Positions 39,363 to 50,990 of a DNA stretch of 64,000 bases are shown here, one piece after another. The stretch's first letter is position 1; each line of letters opens with the position of its first letter. The DNA is from Candidatus Bathyarchaeota archaeon (lineage in GTDB: Archaea; Thermoproteota; Bathyarchaeia; Bathyarchaeales; Bathycorpusculaceae). The notes below the pieces were generated by a model that worked only from the letters and a program-made list of their open reading frames with translations, searched no databases and had not been told where the DNA came from. The position numbers were made by a program, and so were the translations under genes. Where the stretch lies: positions 22,223-86,222 of the forward strand of contig CAVYRJ010000003.1 in assembly GCA_963770935.1 (NCBI GenBank), in the 5' to 3' direction.

Positions 39363-40841
39363 TTGGGTGAAAATGAAAGTAGAGGCGCTCCCGAGCGGGT
39401 TCCATTAGAAAAAGTTAACGATTACATGTGGCAGATTCCCAAATACAAGCCTCAGATGCGGGTTCCAGGCATGATTTTTGCTAACCAAGCATTGTTGGAG
39501 AAAATGCAGACAGACCGAACGCTTTGGCAATGCTCAAACGTGGCTCAGTTGCCGGGCATCTACAAGCATGCAATTACGCTTCCGGATGGTCATGAGGGTT
39601 ATGGCTTTCCCATTGGTGGTGTCGCAGCAACTGACTATGAAAGCGGCGTCATCAGTCCCGGCGGAGTCGGCTACGACATTAACTGCGGCGTCAGACTTCT
39701 ATCGACAACTCTAACGGAAAAAGATGTTCGTCCTAAACTTGCGATTCTTGCAGAAACTATTTTCCGCAATGTTCCCTCGGGACTTGGCAGCCGCAGAAAA
39801 GATTTCACTATATCCCAACGTGACCTAGAATCTTTAGTCGTTGAAGGCGTTCAGTGGCTTATTGACCGAGGATTAGGTTGGGCAGGCGATGCAGAGCACT
39901 GCGAAGAAAATGGACACATGAAAAACGCCAACCCTGACAAAGTTTCGAACACAGCTAAAAACCGCGGCTTAACCCAAATCGGCACCCTTGGCTCAGGAAA
40001 CCATTTCCTTGAAATCCAGAAAGTTGACAAAATCTTCAATCCCAAAACTGCCAAAGCCTTCGGTATCACTGAGGAAGGACAAGTTACCGTTATGATTCAC
40101 TGCGGTTCAAGAGGTTATGGTCACCAGGTCTGCTCAGACTACCTTCGAGTGATGGAGCATGCTGTTCAGAAATACAAAATATCACTGCCTGACCGAGAAT
40201 TAGCCTGTGCCCCTGGAAACAGCCCTGAAGCACGCGACTACATCGAGGCAATGGCTTGCGCTGTTAACTATGCGTTCTGTAATCGTCAGGCGATTATGCA
40301 TTGGGTCCGGCAGAGTTTCCACCAAGTCTATGGTCAGGACCCCGAAAAATTCGGCTTAAATCTGATCTACGACGTCGCCCACAACATCGCAAAAGTAGAA
40401 ACCCACAACATTGATGGCGAACAAAAGAAAGTCTGGGTTCACCGCAAAGGAGCCACACGCGCCTTCCCCGCTGGACACCCAGATGTCCCCGACGATTACC
40501 GAAGTGAAGGGCAACCTGTGCTTATACCAGGAAGTATGGGCACGAGTTCATGGGTTTTAGTTGGTTCACAGAAAGCGATGGATTTGACTTTCGGTTCAAC
40601 CGCACACGGTGCAGGCAGAATGATGAGTCGCTCAGCTGCAAAGCGCCAATATTGGGGTGGCGACATAAAGGCGGGCTTGGAGAAACGTGGCATCATAGTT
40701 CGTGCAGCCAGCGCTTCGGTTCTAGCTGAAGAAGCTGACCCAGCATACAAAAACGTGGATATGGTTGCGGACGTGAGCGACAAAGTTGGGATTGCAACCA
40801 AAGTTGCTAGACTTGTTCCACTTGCAGTTGTGAAAGGTTAA
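39363..40841 (+). CDS. rtcB: RNA-splicing ligase RtcB
   Basis: PDGHEGYGFPIG, DINCG, GSGNHFLE, HRKGAT, PGSMG, HGAGR. Confidence 0.96.
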   Translation: MGENESRGAPERVPLEKVNDYMWQIPKYKPQMRVPGMIFANQALLEKMQTDRTLWQCSNVAQLPGIYKHAITLPDGHEGYGFPIGGVAATDYESGVISPGGVGYDINCGVRLLSTTLTEKDVRPKLAILAETIFRNVPSGLGSRRKDFTISQRDLESLVVEGVQWLIDRGLGWAGDAEHCEENGHMKNANPDKVSNTAKNRGLTQIGTLGSGNHFLEIQKVDKIFNPKTAKAFGITEEGQVTVMIHCGSRGYGHQVCSDYLRVMEHAVQKYKISLPDRELACAPGNSPEARDYIEAMACAVNYAFCNRQAIMHWVRQSFHQVYGQDPEKFGLNLIYDVAHNIAKVETHNIDGEQKKVWVHRKGATRAFPAGHPDVPDDYRSEGQPVLIPGSMGTSSWVLVGSQKAMDLTFGSTAHGAGRMMSRSAAKRQYWGGDIKAGLEKRGIIVRAASASVLAEEADPAYKNVDMVADVSDKVGIATKVARLVPLAVVKG

Positions 40842-40993
40842 TATTCCAATTCCTTTTTTGTTAAAGTTTCTCTAATTAATCAGTTTATGAAAAAGTTTTA
40901 AGGTTAAATTAGAACTTTCTAAGTGAAAATTAATATCTTATAATAACCAAGTGTACAATAGGGATTTTCCTTTTCGCTTGCTGGTGCAGCGTC

Positions 40994-41651
40994 ATGAAAG
41001 ATGAATGTGGAATTTGCGGCAGAGTTATGCGGACAACATATATGCGCAAGTGTGAACGCTGCAAAAAACTGTTCTGCCGAGACTGTATGGTACCCGATGT
41101 TGCCACTGGCGACCCAAACATGATGCTGTGCCTTCACTGCGCTAGGCGCGTAGTTTCGCCGCGGACAGTATCCAAGTACTCTGGGCTTGAAGGTCACTTA
41201 AAGTTTAGAGCTGCATTCACAAGTTTGGTTAAGCTCTCCTTTGCCAGAATAGACGGGTTAATCGGCAGCAATCTACCAATGGCTGCTTACCGAGACCCTG
41301 CATGGTGGAGCAACGCATCCTCCAGTATTCATGCAAAAGCTTGGCTGAATGCAGGCTGGGATGTGCAGGAAGTCAACTTCAAAGAAGGCTACGTTACCTT
41401 CAAGAAAGTACGTACTGTGACCATTCAAAAAATCCAAACAGAAAAAACTAGAAATTACCCAGCCTTTCACACCAGTACCTGTGCATAGACCAAAATCAAA
41501 GATTCCTTCAAAAACTAAAGTTTCAAAACTGTATGCAAGAATCAAGAACCTTGAACGGCAACGTGCCATGCCGCGTCAGCCAATTCGAGGCTTCAAACCC
41601 AGATCACAATATCAAAAGCGCCTGTTCAAGTCCAACGAAAAACCGCAATAA
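40994..41651 (+). CDS. Zinc-finger plus DUF7662-like protein with basic tail (probable +1 error at about 41430)
   Basis: Four CxxC pairs; SKY..L..HL...LSF..I..LIG..LP..A...WWSN...AW..AGW.V; continuation KLEITQPF...KPQ* in the +1 frame. Confidence 0.7.
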
Positions 41652-41672
41652 CAACCAAAACCGATGCGTTCA

Positions 41673-42803
41673 TTATCCTATTTGTTTGCCACAATTCACA
41701 CAATACACGGCAAAGGCTTTGTTGCTTGAACCGCAAAAGATGCAGAATTTGGAACCTTCTGAATTAGCAATTTCTGCTTGCTGAATGATTGGTACAGGAG
41801 CAGCGGGCGCTTCTGCTGGTTGCCGCTTTGTTTTTCTTGTTGACCAAACTGCAAGAGAAATCGAAATTATTATCGCGAATGCGATAAGAATGAAAAAGAG
41901 CGGATTGTCAGCGATTAAGTTGAATGATAATGGTAGGACTGGCTGAATGCTTGGTTCGGTGATTGTGGGTGATGTGGAACCAGTTGGGTTTGGTTGAAGA
42001 GTTGGCGTGGAGGATGTTGTAACGGGTGCACCTGTTGGTTCAGAAGTCGGCAGCGCCACCACTTGAGGAACAAATTGTTTTCTTTCGTCTATAGTGTAAA
42101 TGTAGGCGCTTTGACCTTGGAATGCCTCAGGCAACTGCCCAATCTTAAAGTTGTCACCTGTGGTTTCACAGTAATAATATGTTTTGTTAGAGCCTTCAGG
42201 GTAAGTCCAGAAAGTGCCACGAAGATCATTTCCCAAAATGCCTACAGCATAATGGTTTGGAGGATTAAGGTACAAAGTATCATAACCCAAAATAAGCGTT
42301 AAGGTCGCAAAAAGTATGGATGTGTCTTCGCAGTCTCCGCCGTCATCTACCAAAGTTTCTATGGGAAACCTCGGGTATTCATCGCGCCCAGTTGTTACTG
42401 AGTCTGATGTGTAGGGTAAACTTTGAACAAACGATAACACAAAGCTAACTTGGTCAAATGAATCGTATTTGAGTCGTGTAGCAGTATCGTTTAGTTCTTT
42501 GGCCAAAGTCTGTAAATAAGCATCTTCAGTTGTGGTGCAAAAACCGTACCCGGCAGGTCCATCACGTGTACGAGTGGAAATAGGAACCGACTTATACGCA
42601 TCGTATAGGTCTACTGGAATACTCAAGTTCCATGTCCAATGATTTCCATCATAATCCCAAGCAAAAGATTTGTGGTAATACCCATTGGTTTGTGCGGCTA
42701 CTTGGTTCGTAAGAAATATGGGCGTGGATATCATAAGCGCCAAAGCTACAATAGTCAATAGTTTGATAGGTTGTTTCAGCAAGAGTCCGCCCATGTTGAC
42801 CAT
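41673..42803 (-). CDS. Exported transglutaminase-like protein with C-terminal TM helix and zinc ribbon
   Basis: FVQSLPY, P.ETL...GDCED, HYAVG, ETTG; TM helix; CIFCG...CVNCG. Confidence 0.82.
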   Translation of the reverse strand: MVNMGGLLLKQPIKLLTIVALALMISTPIFLTNQVAAQTNGYYHKSFAWDYDGNHWTWNLSIPVDLYDAYKSVPISTRTRDGPAGYGFCTTTEDAYLQTLAKELNDTATRLKYDSFDQVSFVLSFVQSLPYTSDSVTTGRDEYPRFPIETLVDDGGDCEDTSILFATLTLILGYDTLYLNPPNHYAVGILGNDLRGTFWTYPEGSNKTYYYCETTGDNFKIGQLPEAFQGQSAYIYTIDERKQFVPQVVALPTSEPTGAPVTTSSTPTLQPNPTGSTSPTITEPSIQPVLPLSFNLIADNPLFFILIAFAIIISISLAVWSTRKTKRQPAEAPAAPVPIIQQAEIANSEGSKFCIFCGSSNKAFAVYCVNCGKQIG

Positions 42804-42971
42804 TTCGACTCGTAAGAGTTCGTGTTCTACCGTTTAAAACTTCTCCCAAATCTCGATTTTTGGGGTTGCTGTTGAACTGTTAAACAATGAGGGCAAAACG
42901 TAAACTGCGACCAAATAAAATAAAGCCTGCCCCAACAGCCTTTGATATATTTAAATGATGAATGTCTGAGG

Positions 42972-43262
42972 TTATTTTTGTTTGATGATACCGTAACTTT
43001 GCTTTTTCCATGCGTCACGGAACTTATTGTAATAATCGATGGGTTGAAAAACAGGCGCGTAAGTTACTGGCCACTCAAGTCCACATTTACAGATTGCGAA
43101 GACTTCTTTCTTTTTTAGGTCTGCACAAATCTGAAGCAGTTCTTTTCGGCATTTTGGGCAATAGTAGGGTCCATTTACCATTTGCTTTGCGTCTTTAGTT
43201 AAGATTTTCATTCGGCTTCCGGGAATTTTCTGCCGTTCCTTTCCTGAACTCATCTTTTTCAA
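42972..43262 (-). CDS. Elf1-like zinc-ribbon protein
   Basis: CPKC...C.CGL....PIDYYNKF.D pattern. Confidence 0.6.
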   Translation of the reverse strand: MKKMSSGKERQKIPGSRMKILTKDAKQMVNGPYYCPKCRKELLQICADLKKKEVFAICKCGLEWPVTYAPVFQPIDYYNKFRDAWKKQSYGIIKQK

Positions 43263-43427
43263 CCTAAACTACACTATGAATAAATCGTGACTAAGATATA
43301 GGCTTCCCCTACAAGAGAGTTTTCTTACACGGTTCCCTATGAAATTCAGATTGAAAAAAATGAAAACAGAAATTTAAACACTTAAGAGATTACGCAGTTT
43401 GTCAAATAGATGTTCAAAAACACAATT

Positions 43428-43721
43428 CTATTTCTCTGAAGCCTTTATTTCTTCTTCAATTAACCGCATTACACTTGCAACATAAGGGTGATTTTTGTAT
43501 TCTTTTGTCAAATCATCAAATTTATATCTGTTAAAAATTCTGTTAGTTGTCAAGCCACTTTTAGGATCATACCTAAAGATGATCAATAGCCAACTTCCAT
43601 TAGGCAACTTAGCTTCATGCTCAAAAGTTAAGAAATCATTCATTCTAATAATGTTGTCACAAACAGGATCCCTATACATGTGACTCATCAAAACCTCTTC
43701 CACACAGTTAAGACCAGTCAA
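43428..43721 (-). CDS. Hypothetical protein
   Basis: 97-aa ORF preceded by GGAGA; no motif recognised. Confidence 0.45.
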   Translation of the reverse strand: MTGLNCVEEVLMSHMYRDPVCDNIIRMNDFLTFEHEAKLPNGSWLLIIFRYDPKSGLTTNRIFNRYKFDDLTKEYKNHPYVASVMRLIEEEIKASEK

Positions 43722-44156
43722 ATCCTTATCTCCTTAAGAGTACCACCTTGATTTGTTGCATTCGCTTTTAAAGACTTGTTTCTTTCCACTTAAAAAACAT
43801 ACCAAGGACTACGCCAATATTCTCACATTGATACGTAGCCCATAAGCCCCCTTATCTCTTACTGAAAGAAAAGTCATTTTCTCATATCAAGAAACCTACG
43901 GTTGGCTGAGTGGATACTTCATAGAGATGAGCATAATGATTTGAGCTATTCTTCATATAATTTGTACTTTTTTTGAGTTGTTTATTTGTTCTAAACTATT
44001 TCATAATAATTTTTAACAAAGTTCGAAAAGTTAGTGTCATAAGTATCAGTGTTTAGTGCAATAATTAATTTTAAAAGCTGTAATTAACATAACTATTGAC
44101 ATATTTACCATGTTTATTATATTAGTCTTAAATAGTGTGATTAACATGTATATAGT

Positions 44157-44465
44157 GTGAGTTATATGGTAGATTTGAATATCTCTAAAAATAAGTTAGT
44201 AGTGAAAGCTACTCCAGTAAAGGAAGTCCCAGAGGGCAAAAAGATAGCTAGAAGACCAGAGTATGATGAAGTATTCAAAAAGATAATGGAAAACCCAGAG
44301 AAGATTTTCAAGATTGAAGTGGAGGGCAGAACAGTAAAAACATTGTATGCACCATTTGCTGCTAGAGTAAAGAGATACAATAAACAATCTGACAGAAAAT
44401 TCAATGCACAGCTTAAAGTAAGAAGCAAAGAAATCTACATTGTCAAAGTAGACAAGTCAAACTAG
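44157..44465 (+). CDS. Small basic hypothetical protein (possible nucleic-acid binding)
   Basis: Lys/Arg-rich ORF with TATA-like elements upstream; purine-rich coding bias. Confidence 0.6.
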   Translation: MSYMVDLNISKNKLVVKATPVKEVPEGKKIARRPEYDEVFKKIMENPEKIFKIEVEGRTVKTLYAPFAARVKRYNKQSDRKFNAQLKVRSKEIYIVKVDKSN

Positions 44466-44917
44466 AATATTGCAGGACACTCTTTTGTCCAACATTTTCT
44501 TTCTGCTTAATTTTCAAAAGTTTTCATAACGCTCTCTAATTTTGTTTTAATGGTCATTATATAGCTCCTCTAGCACTCCAGCGCCAAGTCTAGGGAAGCA
44601 TCTATTTGAAGACTAAGTGCGTAAGGTTGGAATACCAATGCAGGAAGAAAGGTTTTAGCTCAAATATTTCTGAACAGGGAAGGCAGTATCAGGTATGCAA
44701 GGATACACTATTATTCCCAACAATGATGCAATATCTCCGAAGCCCCAATTCACTTATTGCAAGATAGAATATTTAGAATCTCTGAAAACTTTATTAAAAA
44801 CTCAAGGCATCAATCTGTTTATTGAAAAGGCAGAAAGTGGTCAAATAGGTCAAAGCCAAAATAGAAAAGAGCATGACCTAATAAAACCCAAAAACAGCCT
44901 TATTCAACAAAAAATGA

Positions 44918-44996
44918 GCGGTTGTCGTCTAGTCTGGTTTAGGACTTTAGCCTTCCAAGCTAATGATCCCGGGTTCAAATCCCGGCGACCGCACCA
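44918..44996 (+). tRNA. tRNA-Gly(TCC), CCA encoded
   Basis: Acceptor GCGGTTG/CGACCGC, anticodon arm TTAGC-CTTCCAA-GCTAA, T-arm CCGGG-TTCAAAT-CCCGG. Confidence 0.97.
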
Positions 44997-45295
44997 TTTA
45001 ACTCCTTAGCGCATTTATGCATACCGTATTATGATCAACTTCTCGAGAATAGCTAACTCTGCTAGCCTTTACAAACATCGGCAACTAGATTTCATCGCCT
45101 TTTCCAGACTTTCTGTGACGTCCTGTGACTTTCCCAGACGCAACCTGCAGACGCCACAAACCCCAAATCTAAAAAGCAACCCAAAACAAGCTGAATCAAA
45201 ATAGCAAAAACAACTGTTCTTCTTTCAGACAAAACAATTCAGCCTCCTATCTCCATTCTGTACTTACTTTAGCTTAGTAGGTCGTAGGCTAAGAG

Positions 45296-45316
45296 CAAAT
45301 CCCGGCGGCAATACCA
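45296..45316 (+). repeat. Degenerate copy of the tRNA-Gly 3' end (att-like scar)
   Basis: CAAATCCCGGCG identical to 44976-44987, then GCAATACCA versus ACCGCACCA. Confidence 0.55.
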
Positions 45317-45337
45317 ATTTTTACCACATTTTAACAT

Positions 45338-45781
45338 TTAGGTCTTGAGTTTTTGGATTATTCTTACTTCTCTGCCCTTAAGCATGTCTAAGCCGAGAAA
45401 GACAAGTTTTCTTCCACCATAACCAAAAATCAGCAGCCAAAAAGATATTCCAGAGATTAAGCCTAATAGTTGTCCGGAGAGGAACTCTGTAGTTTGGTTT
45501 CCAACGGTCATTTGAAGACCTGTTAAACCAAAAGGCACGGAGGAATAATAGTCGCCGTTTAAAAGGACTATTAATTCAAAGATCGATACCACGATTAAAA
45601 CTATGCCTGCTGCAAGTAAGATGTATCCTGTATATTTTTCGTCTCTTGACTTCTCTTTATACCCAACAAAGGTTTTTTCTTTTCTGGTACGACGAGCTAT
45701 GAAAAATAATACTGTTGTTATAATAACAGCCACCATTACATCTAAAATAATCATGATGTATTCGGTGGCTGAAACATCCAT
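45338..45781 (-). CDS. Membrane protein, paralog of the upstream gene
   Basis: Three hydrophobic segments; shared G..LL..G...S.FE...NG and FW...GG.K...LG..M.K patterns. Confidence 0.7.
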   Translation of the reverse strand: MDVSATEYIMIILDVMVAVIITTVLFFIARRTRKEKTFVGYKEKSRDEKYTGYILLAAGIVLIVVSIFELIVLLNGDYYSSVPFGLTGLQMTVGNQTTEFLSGQLLGLISGISFWLLIFGYGGRKLVFLGLDMLKGREVRIIQKLKT

Positions 45782-46155
45782 AAATAATCACGTTTGTTTT
45801 GGTTTATGCATTTTGGGTTTCGGTAGGCGCTGACAATAGGCTCTCTTATTTCTACTTTGATATCCTTAATCATGCTGACGCCTAGCGAGGCGATTTTGCC
45901 ACCTGCAAGCAACACGAACCCCATTAGAATAAACCAAAAGAACAAGTTGGGCAGCTGGCTAACTTGGGCGCCCGGTATGAGCGATGTTGAAGCGCCGCTG
46001 TCTCCCAGCGACAGTGAAATGTCTCCAACAGTGATGAGTTTTGGCGGAGGTGCATAACCATTGTAGACTGTGACCATTTCAAATAGAGAGAAGAGTAGTA
46101 AAATGACGCCTAGGATAAGGAGAGAGTAGCCGATGATTTTTTCTGTCTTAAACAT
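45751..46155 (-). CDS. Membrane protein (true stop probably near 45806)
   Basis: Two TM segments; the +1 frame gives the C-terminus APTETQNA*. Confidence 0.7.
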   Translation of the reverse strand: MFKTEKIIGYSLLILGVILLLFSLFEMVTVYNGYAPPPKLITVGDISLSLGDSGASTSLIPGAQVSQLPNLFFWFILMGFVLLAGGKIASLGVSMIKDIKVEIREPIVSAYRNPKCINQNKRDYLWMFQPPNTS

Positions 46156-46292
46156 ACATACTCACTTTTATGATCTCTTGATATGTCAGATTACCGCTTA
46201 AAGGTTTTGGTGTAATTGAGGTCTTCAGACAAAAAGGAGTCGATGGGATAACATTATAAAACAACCTCTGACAATATGTCGCTGGTGACCAT

Positions 46293-46754
46293 ATGGCTAG
46301 ACCCATCGTCTTGAAAGCTCTCTACTTGGTTTTAGCCTGGGTTCTAATGGTTAGCTACCAGATTTTTACTCAGTCAGCCCTAAAGACAATAGCAGCCTCT
46401 TTGGATGGCATCATCCCTCCCATAGCCTCGCTGCTAAACTCCAACTCGGCCACTGCAGTCTTCATCTGCTCCTTCGCCTGGATGTTTGTCCTATCTGCTC
46501 TTGTCTCCATAATCATGTTTGGCAGAGAACGAAGGCTCACAATCCAATTCATGGTAAGCTTAGGGTTAACCCTGACGGGTTCGGCTCTACTGGGAGTGCT
46601 GAACTTGGCGGGGCTTGACTTTTCAAACCCAAACATTCTTTCCCAGCCGTTTACACTCCTGTTTGGTAATGTGTTTTTTGCGTTTTTCTACCTTGCTCTG
46701 CCTTTCATTTTCATGGTGCTTGTAGATTTGGGTTTAATGAAAATAAGAAAATAA
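46293..46754 (+). CDS. Four-TM hypothetical membrane protein
   Basis: Hydrophobic 153-aa ORF with TTATAAA and GGTGA upstream. Confidence 0.7.
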   Translation: MARPIVLKALYLVLAWVLMVSYQIFTQSALKTIAASLDGIIPPIASLLNSNSATAVFICSFAWMFVLSALVSIIMFGRERRLTIQFMVSLGLTLTGSALLGVLNLAGLDFSNPNILSQPFTLLFGNVFFAFFYLALPFIFMVLVDLGLMKIRK

Positions 46755-47079
46755 CCTGAAACCCAAAAATAGCATCTTAAGCGATCGAAAAGGTGAAAAG
46801 CAACAGCGCCCCATTAAAAAAGTAATATAAGGTGAACTTTGAAAATGAGCGATGTAAATATGGCAACCATTCAGTTATGCAGTGATAAACAAAACTTTAT
46901 CCTTGACAAGAAAGAACTTCAAAACTGGGAGCAGAGGGTACTACGGAACAGGCAAAATGGTGGCTGGCTGGGAAAAGGTATCAAATAAGCATACAAGTTG
47001 TGGAAATCGGTTCTAAGCCAAAAGAGAAAGAAGAAAAGAAAGAAAAGTAAATTGAATTTTTCTTAAATTCTTATTTTAT

Positions 47080-47563
47080 TTAAGGTACGATTGATGCACT
47101 AATTATTGTTACGTTTGTGCGTGGTTTATCACATGAGTTGGTTGGTACTTTGGCGATTTTGTCTACGACATCCATTCCAGCGATTACTTTTCCAAAGGCA
47201 GGATGCTTGCTGTCTAAGAAATTGTTGTTTACTTGATTGAGGAAGAATTGGCTGCTTCCAGTGTTGGGACCTGCATTTGCCATGGCGATGGTGCCTCTGT
47301 CGTTGCGGTTGGTTTTTGTGAATTCGTCTTTAATGTCGGGTATTGATGGGTCGCCGTATCCTGTTCCAGTTGGGTCGCCACCTTGAATCATGAAGCCCGG
47401 TATAACTCTGTGGAAGATTGTGCCGTTGTAGGTTCCTTGTTGGACTAGTTTTTTGAAGTTGCCTGTGGTGATTGGCATGTCAGCTGCGTAGAGCGATAGT
47501 TATGTCGCCCATGCTGGTGTTGAGTAGAACTTTAGTTTCAGGTTGATTCGTTTTTTCTGACAT
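47080..47563 (-). CDS. Cyclophilin-type peptidyl-prolyl isomerase (probable +1 error at about 47485)
   Basis: [27 protein letters not shown]; N-terminus [23 protein letters not shown] lies in the adjacent frame. Confidence 0.9.
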
Positions 47564-47668
47564 AATTTACCCTGATATCAATTAGAATTATGTCTATTAT
47601 CCCTATTGTAAGGGATGTCGGGTTCACGTCTGCTAAAAAAAGAAAAGTGAAGCTGTCTCTAATTTCTG

Positions 47669-48376
47669 TTAAGATACTATTGTGGCCTTGATGATGCTTA
47701 CTGGGTGCGTTGGCGAGCTATTTTCTCCATAGGCGTTGGTTGTTACTTGAGCGTTTGCTATAGTGTCAACGACATTTTGGCCTGCGACTACTCTTCCAAA
47801 GACCGTGTAGGTTCCATCGAATGTAGAACCGTCTTGGTACGTGATTTGGCTATTATCATCAACGTTTATGAAGAACTCACTTGTTGCAGAGTTAGGTTGG
47901 CTAGTTTTCGCCATCGTAATGGTGTATGCTACATTGTGGTTGTCGCTACCTATCTCATCTGCGATACTTGAAACTGACTGGCTAATTGAGCCGCCTTGAA
48001 TCATGAAGCCTGCGATTACTCGATGGAAGATTGTGCCGTCATACCATCCATGATTTACGATATTTATGAAATTGCTTGTCGTGATCGGTTTGTCGGTTCG
48101 CATCTCGAGCGTTATATTTCCAGCGCTTGTTTGAAGTAGAACTTTTGTTGGGTTGACGTAATGGGGATCAGAAGGTGTAGCAGATGGCGAAGTTGATGCG
48201 GTTGGTGCTGGAGTGGAAGTAGGAGTTGGCGTCGAATTAGCTGGTTGGTTTGCTGATTGTCCCAACAAAGCGTATGCACCGATACCAATTATTACGATAA
48301 ATATTATGCCTATTGCTATGAATAGGGTCTTGTTGGACTTGCGTTTGGGTTGTTTGCTGTTTTTATTTGGAGCCAT
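47669..48376 (-). CDS. Membrane-anchored cyclophilin
   Basis: Basic N-terminus, TM helix, Pro/Thr/Ser linker, FHRVIAGFMIQGG, YTVFGRV. Confidence 0.88.
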   Translation of the reverse strand: MAPNKNSKQPKRKSNKTLFIAIGIIFIVIIGIGAYALLGQSANQPANSTPTPTSTPAPTASTSPSATPSDPHYVNPTKVLLQTSAGNITLEMRTDKPITTSNFINIVNHGWYDGTIFHRVIAGFMIQGGSISQSVSSIADEIGSDNHNVAYTITMAKTSQPNSATSEFFINVDDNSQITYQDGSTFDGTYTVFGRVVAGQNVVDTIANAQVTTNAYGENSSPTHPVSIIKATIVS

Positions 48377-49434
48377 GTCTGTTTACTCAACGTCTTTTCA
48401 TATAAAAGTTTTTACAGTATCTTTCGCAAAGACGTTGAATAGCTTGTGCAGTATGTTTAGAAGTGAGTGTTTTCTATTGTTGTTATTGTGGTTGTTGATT
48501 TTTTGTTTTTTCGGACGTAAGACTTATAGGAGTATCCTTGCCCTTTATAACGCTGTTATGTGTGTGGGATCATGAAAAACATTCAACAAAATATAACCCC
48601 AACTGCATACAAAATATTGGAAAAAATAGAACTAACTCCGCAAATAAAGCAAATAAAAATTTATGCACCTGAAATAGCTGCAAAAGCAAAAGCAGGTCAA
48701 TTCATAATACTTAGAGTAGACGATGAAAGCGAGAGAATACCCCTCACTCTTGTCTCATGGGATAAAAAACAAGGGACAATCACGGTAATATACCAAGAAA
48801 TCGGTCTCTCAACCAAGAAACTAAGTTGTCTACAAATACAAGATAAAATAATGAATGTAGCTGGACCCTTGGGGAACCCAAGCGACATCAAAAACTATGG
48901 GGTAGCAGCTGTCGTCTGCGGAGGCGTTGGCACAGCAGCCGCGTATCCGATAGCTAAAGCCTTGAAAGAAGCTGGAAATACGGTGATTTCAATTATGGGT
49001 GCGCGAACTGAAGGATTGCTCATATTGACTGATGAAATGAAACAAGTCTCAAACGAATTCTACATCTCCACTGACGACGGCTCAAAAGGCTCCAAGGGCT
49101 TTGTCAGCGACATCCTGAAGACGTTGATCAACCAAAACTACAAGTTCAATATTGTTTACGCAATTGGTCCACCTATAATGATGAAAACCATATCCGACGT
49201 TACCAGACCATATGGCATAAAAACGGTAGTCAGCTTAAACCCGATCATGGTTGATGGCATGGGTATGTGTGGTGCATGTCGCGTATCGGTAGGCGGAGAA
49301 ACTAAATTCGCGTGCGTTGACGGCCCTGAATTCGATGCTCACAGCGTTGAATTCGATGAACTGATCAAACGCCTAAAACAATACCCGCAAGAGGAAAAGT
49401 CAGTGTTAGATTTTCATGAAAAAACAGGAGGCAT

Positions 49435-50866
<1,432 letters not shown>

Positions 50867-50990
50867 CATATGTGATAAGCAGTGACTTACAAGTTTGCTC
50901 CCAAAAAGACCCGCAATCGCCCAGCTGCCATTGAGACGACTAATTAGAAATAAATACGCGTTGCAATACTTTTCTTTAGGGCGCAGAGTT

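Noticed and set aside
44695-45009. 104-aa ORF
   Set aside because: Runs through the tRNA-Gly gene and has no protein motif; spurious.
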